Positions 55,637-64,000 of a stretch of 64,000 nucleotides of DNA are shown piece by piece. The stretch comes from Octopus vulgaris. Its lineage: Eukaryota. Both the position numbers and the translations under genes were made by a program. Every line of letters begins with the position of its first letter. The stretch's first letter is position 1. Under the pieces are notes generated by a model that was given only the letters and a program-made list of their open reading frames with translations, was not told the DNA's origin and ran no database searches. The stretch covers positions 78,740,001 to 78,804,000 of the forward strand of contig OX597826.1 of the NCBI GenBank assembly GCA_951406725.2, in the 5' to 3' direction.

Positions 55637-55873
55637 CTCTTTTACTTGTTTCAGTTATTTGACTGTGGCCGTGCTGGAGAATCGGCTTTAGTCGAGCAAA
55701 CCGATCCCAGGACTTATTCTTTGTAAGCCTAGTACTTATTCTATCGGTTTCTTTTGCCGAACCGCTAAGTTACGGGGACGTAAACACACTAGCATCGGTT
55801 GTCAAGCGATGTTAGGGTGGCAAACACAGACACACAAGCATATACATACACGTACATATATATATACATACAC

Positions 55874-55909
<36 letters not shown>

Positions 55910-56043
55910 GACGGGCTTCTTTCAGTTTCCGTCTACCAAATCCATTCGCAAGGCTTTGGTTGGCCCGAGGCTATAGTAGAAGACACTTGCCTAAGGTGCA
56001 ACGCAGTAGGACTGAACCCGGAACCATATGGTTGGTAAGCAAG
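55637..56043 (-). mobile_element. SINE family B
   Basis: Reverse-complement homology to 13639-14043. Confidence 0.9.
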
Positions 56044-57145
56044 TTAATAAGGGTAGAAAATTTTGAGAAATGTTTCTACTGGTGGCCAGCATGCGTAATA
56101 AAGTCAATAAACATATTTTTCATATAAAATAGTGTACGTATTTATACACAAAACGGGTGTCTTTTAACAGGACACCTTACATGCCCTTTCTAGCATGTAA
56201 GGTGTCCTGTAAAAGGTCACCACCTTTGTGTATAAATACGTACACACATGTGTATGTGTATTATGTAAATATGTGTGTATGTATGTATGTATGTTCAAAT
56301 TATGCAATAAAAACAATACAAGATTACAGTCTTTATATGACAAGCTTAACCTATGTACATCGTTGAAAAGTCAGGGACTGCAATGATCATCTCTTCAAAA
56401 GCTCCCTTTGTAGCTGTATTTTAAAAATCATATTATACTTCAGAGTTAGAAGATGCGAAATCCCTCCGGAAGAGAGTGACAGATGCGCATTTGTCTGTTG
56501 GAACGGATTGCTAACTGCATGTACTCAGGTTGCTTCTGTTTTTGCGGTTTGTCAAATATGGCGGAATACGCATCTGACACTGTTTCGGTCGCTTCCGGGA
56601 CGATTTCATTTCGCCTCGCACACAAGTGCGTTATATTTTTAACACACTTCGTCTATAAAGAGATCTTTTCTGAAACAACAACCTCAGCTCCTAAAATATA
56701 CAAAATCTGCTGTTACGTTCACTTTTGCTTTATATCTTTGAAAGTTTGTAAACGACCGCTTCTTATAGGAGCCATTTTTGTTTGAAATTACAGGTATACG
56801 AACGTGTTGTATTCTTAGTATTCGATCAACGATTTGTCATCGCTGGTCGTTTCCAAGTTCCATTCTATTACGTATTTTTGCAGTGTTATGTCTATGTGTG
56901 TATGTCTGTCTGAGTGTGTCTGATTGTGCGTCTGTTTGCTTGTGTGTGAGCGTGTGTATGTCTGTGTGTCTGTATCTGTGTGTGTGCCGTTATCATCGTT
57001 ATCATCTATTTAATTCTCTCTCTTCTTTCTGGTCTCGAGGATTAGTTTTAAATTATTTCACAAATAGTTTTCATATTTTCATAGTTTCCATACATAACCT
57101 ACTTCATTTGCTATGTATAAACTTAAGGCAAACGGGAATATTTCT

Positions 57146-57225
<80 letters not shown>

Positions 57226-57459
57226 TAAATGTTTATAGAAATTAGATTACTGCTATGAAGATAAAATTTCATTTTAAGTGTGCTGTTAGAAAGAAATATA
57301 AGAAGCGTAAGCTAATTTTGAAATGTCTATAAAATTATATGCACCATATTGTGTAAACTTACATTTGTAGTTTTACAGTCGCACACACTCACACACACAC
57401 ACATACATATATGTCAGTATATATACATGCGGATGCACTTATATACACAGACACATGCC

Positions 57460-57507
<48 letters not shown>

Positions 57508-57689
57508 CATGCATAGATATATAATATTTAAATATATTATACACATATAAACATACATATCCATATATATATATATATACACACACACATACATACAAAC
57601 ATGTATATATACGATTAAAGTTAATTCTAGTTGCTTCCCCATCGCCAAAATAGGATTGCTGATTTTTCATCACGATGAGTATAACAACA

Positions 57690-58110
57690 TTAGGAACATG
57701 CCTCAAAGATCTTGTAATTGTAGATCTCCCGATTACTGTCCCCTGAAAAATGTGCGCTTGGAAAAAGAACGGACTTGAACAGAACAACAAAATCTTATTT
57801 TGGAATGACTGAAAACACTTTCAAAGAAAGATATACTCCGGATTTGGCATAGTTCGGAGGCTAAAACAAAATGCATACAAAATTTTCATTCAATATATCA
57901 TGCACCCTTAATGAGAGAAACGTGTACAATCCCCCATACAGATTGGAACATCATAGCGAGGGCCAGCAAATATAGCGGACAAAGCAACAAATGCAACCTC
58001 TGTTTTGCAGAAAAATTAAGTATCATAACATCATCAGTGAACATTTTTAATGATAGGGATTAAACCTTCTTCCCTGGCTTGCACAAGCAATAATTCAAAT
58101 TTTGAAACTT
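57690..58110 (+). pseudogene. Penelope-like element GIY-YIG endonuclease relic
   Basis: SCNCRSPDYCPL, SYFGMTENTFKERY and DWNIIARASKYSGQSNKCNLCFAEKLSII match the Cys-rich linker and GIY-YIG C-terminus of Penelope-like elements; frameshifted. Confidence 0.8.
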
Positions 58111-58172
58111 CAAGCACCCGTTATCCCGTTTTGCCATATATCCAACAAAGGATACGTACATGGGTACATACA

Positions 58173-58493
58173 TCCTTCGGTCATGAATGACCATGGGATT
58201 GCACCTAGAAAGTTACCCTCCTAGACACAAGTCTGGGCAAGGTTGTTTTTATGGAAGGCCAGCAGTCGCCCATGCATACCAGCCTCCCCTCTCCACGCAG
58301 CCAGTGTTATCCAAGGGAAAGACAAAGGTCGATACAGCTTGGCACCAGTGACGTCGCAACTCATTTCTACAGCTGAGTGAACTGGAGCAACGTGAAATAA
58401 AGTGCCTTGCTCGAGAACACAACACGCAGCCCGGTCCGGGATTCGAGCTCACAACCTCACGATCGTAAGCTCGACGCTCTAACCACTGAGCCA
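58173..58493 (-). mobile_element. SINE family A
   Basis: Near-identical (reverse complement) to 29680-30000; flanked by tacatacat on both sides. Confidence 0.92.
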
Positions 58494-58504
58494 TACATAC
58501 ATAC

Positions 58505-58553
<49 letters not shown>

Positions 58554-58876
58554 CACACGTGCACCAGCATACATAAATTTTCCCGACTCACCCCTAGCAG
58601 TCTCACCAATCAATTCACTGCTTGGAAAGAAAACCACCGGAAAAGTCCCATTTTATTTAAATATTATAAAAAGTTAAAGTAATAAAACGAAAAATATTTG
58701 AAATCGGTTTTTTACTAACAGTATATGACTTCCACACATTTTTATATTCGATGACAAAATCATTTATTCAATTTCTTAAGCAAAGTATAACAATGAAACA
58801 AGAAAATATAAGTCTCTCATTTATTGAAAAGACATTAGAAACATATTACATAGTATCGTGGTATTACATATATATT

Positions 58877-59288
58877 AAGGCAGTGAGCTGGCAGAACCGT
58901 TAGCACGCCGGGCGAAATGCGTAGCCGTATTTCGTCTGTCGTTACATTGTAAGCTCAAATTCCGCCGAGGTCGACTTTGCCTTTCATCCTTTCGATTAAA
59001 TAAAGTACCAGTTACGCACTGGGGTCGATGTAATCGACTTAATACCTATGTCTGTCCTTATTTGTTCCCTCTATGTTTAGCCCCTTGTGGGTAATAAAGA
59101 AATAGGTATTTCGTCTGCCGCTACGTTCTGAGTTCAAATTCCGCCGGGGTCGACTTTGCCTTTCATCCTTTCGGGGTCGATAAATTAAGTACCAGTTACG
59201 CACTGAGGTCGATATAGTCGACTTAATCCGTTTGTCTGTCCTTGTTTGTCCTCTCTGTGTTTAGCCCCTTGTGGGTAGTAAAGAAATA
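58877..59288 (+). mobile_element. SINE family C dimer with 17-bp TSD
   Basis: TSD ggtattacatatatatt at 58860-58876 and 59289-59305; unit repeated from gtatttcgtctg (about 58927 and 59106). Confidence 0.93.
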
Positions 59289-60169
59289 GGTATTACATAT
59301 ATATTCAGTATTTTTTAATGTTAATGACTAAAGACAAATATTCCAGCCGACAGCACTAAGAATCTCTACCACAGTCTTGTGCTTCTCCTGTCAGGCAGCA
59401 GACAAAATTTTTTTGTTTTTTTTTTCTGCGTCTTTTTATTTGGATTCGTCAACTCCCTGGGTATACCGACTCTAGAAAGAGAAAAAGTAACGTTGATCTT
59501 AGCAGAAATTGAACTCAGAGAACAGAGATTCGGAACAAATACTACAAGACATTCTGTTCGACACTCTAGCAACTCAACCAATTCACCTTCTTCGACCTGA
59601 ACGAATTCCCTAAAGCAAAGTTTTAACGAGATCCTCATAGAGGTCGCGATTAACCCAGAAATCAACGTAGCTGTTTAATCGAAAATTGCTAATAAAGATA
59701 AGCTGTCTATAAAATTCTATAAGGGGTCTACAATTTAGGGGTTCAAATATTTAAAATTTAAGCAGTTAACTGAAAAATAAAGGACTGATCTCAAAACACT
59801 GTTCTTTAAACCACGGACAATCTTTGGTGCGCAGCAATGCTCCGTGTGCCCATCCGCTAATGCTAACAAATTACTCAGAATATCTCTCATAAAAGTTTAC
59901 ACGACAGCACAGTCTTATAACTTATAATACAACAATATCAAAAAGCGAGTAATTAAAGTCGTTTTGATATTTCTTTGTTTGTTACAGTGTATTCTTCTTT
60001 ACGACCCGAGTCTTTCAAGTGTCGCTTTTGATTTAGCGAGAAGAATTACAACTGACGTATTCTTGATAGGAAAAGTACATAATTACTTATCCTTTTTTTT
60101 TCTTGTTTGTAATCAAACGTTCACGTAAGCACACACATTACGTTTTCCTGTATGTACGCATATACATAC

Positions 60170-60221
<52 letters not shown>

Positions 60222-60298
60222 GTCTATATAAATATATATATATATATATGTATGTATATTTATATATGTATATGTATATTTATTTATATGTGTGTGTG

Positions 60299-60364
<66 letters not shown>

Positions 60365-60938
60365 AATGTATACTATTATACATACATACATACTTACATA
60401 CATACAATGGAAGAATGGATATGTATGTATATGTATGTCTACAGCTCTTCTAAAGCTGTGGCAAATAAATTGTCGAAGATTTTTACCAAAATAAAGTTCC
60501 ATTGATTCTTCCTGACTTTTATTCTTTGGAACTGGTAAGAAAAACGTAAGAATAAACGTTCAAAAGAAATGCGAAACTGCAGAAGAACCAGATTGAGAAA
60601 GAAGCGTTCGTTGGTCGGGAGCATAAGCAGTGGGTGTGCATTATTGCGTGGTTTGACGGTCTGCTAAGTATGCAGTGTGTGGATGTTATCGTCTGTCTTA
60701 ACATTATTTGAAATCTTGTTCATTTTTTTTTCTGAACCAGGTATTCATTTTACCTGCGTTTTTGCCGAACCGCTTCGGGGGCGTAAACAAATCAAGTCAG
60801 AAGTGGTTTTCGGAGTATTTCTACAACTTCAACCAGTCCTAGTTTCTGGTTCCCTTATTCCTCTGATTGTAACCCCATGGATTACTATGCGTGACTCCGA
60901 TAGAAAGATATGGCTAAAGAATAGCATGAGTTGATGGA

Positions 60939-61639
<701 letters not shown>

Positions 61640-62240
61640 AATAATTATTTCAAGTTCGATTTTTGATACTTAGCATTATCTATAATTGCACAGGAGCAGA
61701 AAGTATAAAGAAAATCAATAGCTTACTACAATTAGTGTTCTATACTGTCATATAAACATTATACACACACAAACATCATCACCATCTTTCCAAATGGAAT
61801 TTTTAGTCCTTCAAACAGATCTTGACCTTCCTTTCTAGACTCTCAATTATCGTCTGGAAACTTCGACTTATATATCGGAAATAATGACACTGAATGGCCA
61901 TGACTAGAACGCTATGGATCACAAGACAATCTTCTGGATCAGGACAGAGATCTCCCTTCCGGATCACGACGGACTCGGAGAGACAGCAAAACTAAGTCTT
62001 CGCGGTAAATCGGGGTTAAGTTGGGTTTTTTTTTTTTTGCATTTTCAGCAATAAATATCTGGAAATGACATTGGTTATTAACAGGAACGTGTCCGAGGAG
62101 ACACAAGAGACGAAGCGAGTGTTAGGAAAGAAGACACAACAATGAGAATAACAATAATAAAAGACATTGATACACTTCACCTCTTTCTTTTCTTCCAATA
62201 ATCTATAGCCTGGAGAACACTGGCGTATATTACAAAATAT

Positions 62241-62398
62241 TAAGTATAGTGTGAAATATACACCTATATTTGTATATGAGTATATAAGTACATTATTTCT
62301 ATCTATCTAATTATATATGTATATATATATATATATATATAAATAATGTACTTATATACTCATATACATATATAGGTGTATATTTCACACTGTACTTA
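62241..62398. repeat. 58-bp inverted repeat around a microsatellite spacer
   Basis: 62241-62298 versus the reverse complement of 62341-62398, about 2 mismatches. Confidence 0.85.
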
Positions 62399-62399
62399 C

Positions 62400-62446
<47 letters not shown>

Positions 62447-62448
<2 letters not shown>

Positions 62449-62770
62449 TGATTGATTGATTGATTCTAGTTTCAGCTTATGAGCTGTGGCCATGCTGGGG
62501 CACCGCCATTTGGTGTTGTTACTTGGTTTCACTTCATGGAGGCTTTCTAGCAACTGCTATTTGGTGCATGAGAGAGTTCGATGCAGCTGCCCTCATCTGC
62601 CCCTCTTGCCGTGAAGTTGGTTCATCTGGGACACCTGACAGGAAGAGATCCAGCTCCATTTTAAAGACATCTGTATCCACCCCATGCAGGTCTCTCAGGT
62701 TCTTCGGGAGGATATTGAAGAGCTGTGGGCCTCGGAAGCCCAGGCTATCACAGAATCTTGTCCTACATCT

Positions 62771-62772
<2 letters not shown>
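62447..62772 (-). mobile_element. CR1/L2-group LINE 3' end with (AATC)n tail
   Basis: Minus strand [59 protein letters not shown], then 3' UTR ggcggtgccccagcatggccacagctc..gctgaaactag. Confidence 0.8.
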
Positions 62773-62852
<80 letters not shown>

Positions 62853-62948
62853 ATATGTATGTATGTGTGTATGTATTAAAAAGTAAACATAGACCAATAT
62901 CATTATTGGCAAACGGTCATGCACTTCTGTCAGGTATCTTCTGTCAGG

Positions 62949-63039
<91 letters not shown>

Positions 63040-63432
63040 CATATACAATATACATATATATATACATATATATCTATATAATATACCATATACATATATA
63101 TATATATGGACATGTACGTATGTATGTATATGGATATATATAATATATAGATAGATATAGATATGGATATACATTATACGTACTTTTATATAAATATATA
63201 CTTATATATATTTGTGTGAGTGTGAGTGCACGCGTGTGTATGTATACATATATAAATACATAAATATATAAATATATATACACATATATAAACATGCATA
63301 TATGTCGTATCGTCAGCTACTGGTCATGCACTTGTATTTTTCAAGTATACATTACATATGGATAAATATACAAGACATACATGTCTACAAAGAGATGCAC
63401 AAACATATATGTGCGTGTGTGTGTGCTTGTTT

Positions 63433-63505
<73 letters not shown>

Positions 63506-64000
63506 ACGACAATAAACAAACGGCGTGGTCCAGTCAAAGGACATCAACAGTAAGTCAATATAAATTTAACAATAGAAATGTTACAAATACGAGACGCAAG
63601 TCATAAAACTCTCCGCATTTCATTTACTGGGAAAATATTGCAAATTGATCGAGCACATACTCACACACACACGCACGGATATACATACATACATACATAC
63701 ACACATATACATGCATATATACACACATGCGTACATACATGCATACATGCATACATACATACATACATACATACATACATACATACATACATACATACAT
63801 ACATACATACATACATACATACATACATACATACATACATACATACGTACATACGTACATACGTACGTAAGTGTATATACACTGACAAACAAAACACGCT
63901 CATAAATGCACAAACATACATTAGCATCTATATGCAACAACAGAGATTAATAGATGGATAGATAGATAGAGAGAGAGAGAGTAGAGAGAGAAGATAGATA

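Overview
This is AT-rich eukaryotic DNA saturated with microsatellites ((TA)n, (TG)n, (AAT)n, (TACA)n, (GATA)n, (GGT)n). The SINE repertoire and repeat style suggest an octopus or other coleoid cephalopod intronic/intergenic region; this is an inference and was not searched. No host gene can be called with confidence, and almost all ORF-track entries are microsatellite read-throughs. The only intact protein-coding gene is the DD34E transposase of a complete Tc1 element (32944-34656). The rest is nested mobile-element debris: three tRNA-derived SINE families, hAT (Buster-like) relics, a mariner foldback, Tc1/pogo MITEs, a non-autonomous Helitron, and fragments of R4/Dong, RTE, Tx1/L1, CR1-group and Penelope (GIY-YIG) retroelements. 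The most striking signal is non-coding. Several unrelated short repeat families each carry a minimal hammerhead-ribozyme motif of the Penelope type. One family fuses a tRNA-derived Pol III promoter, an (AAT)n spacer and a hammerhead, and occurs twice as head-to-head inverted dimers (52291-53756 and about 60939-61639). It is a candidate ribozyme-bearing, Penelope-mobilised SINE. All coordinates were read by eye, and boundaries of degenerate elements are approximate.
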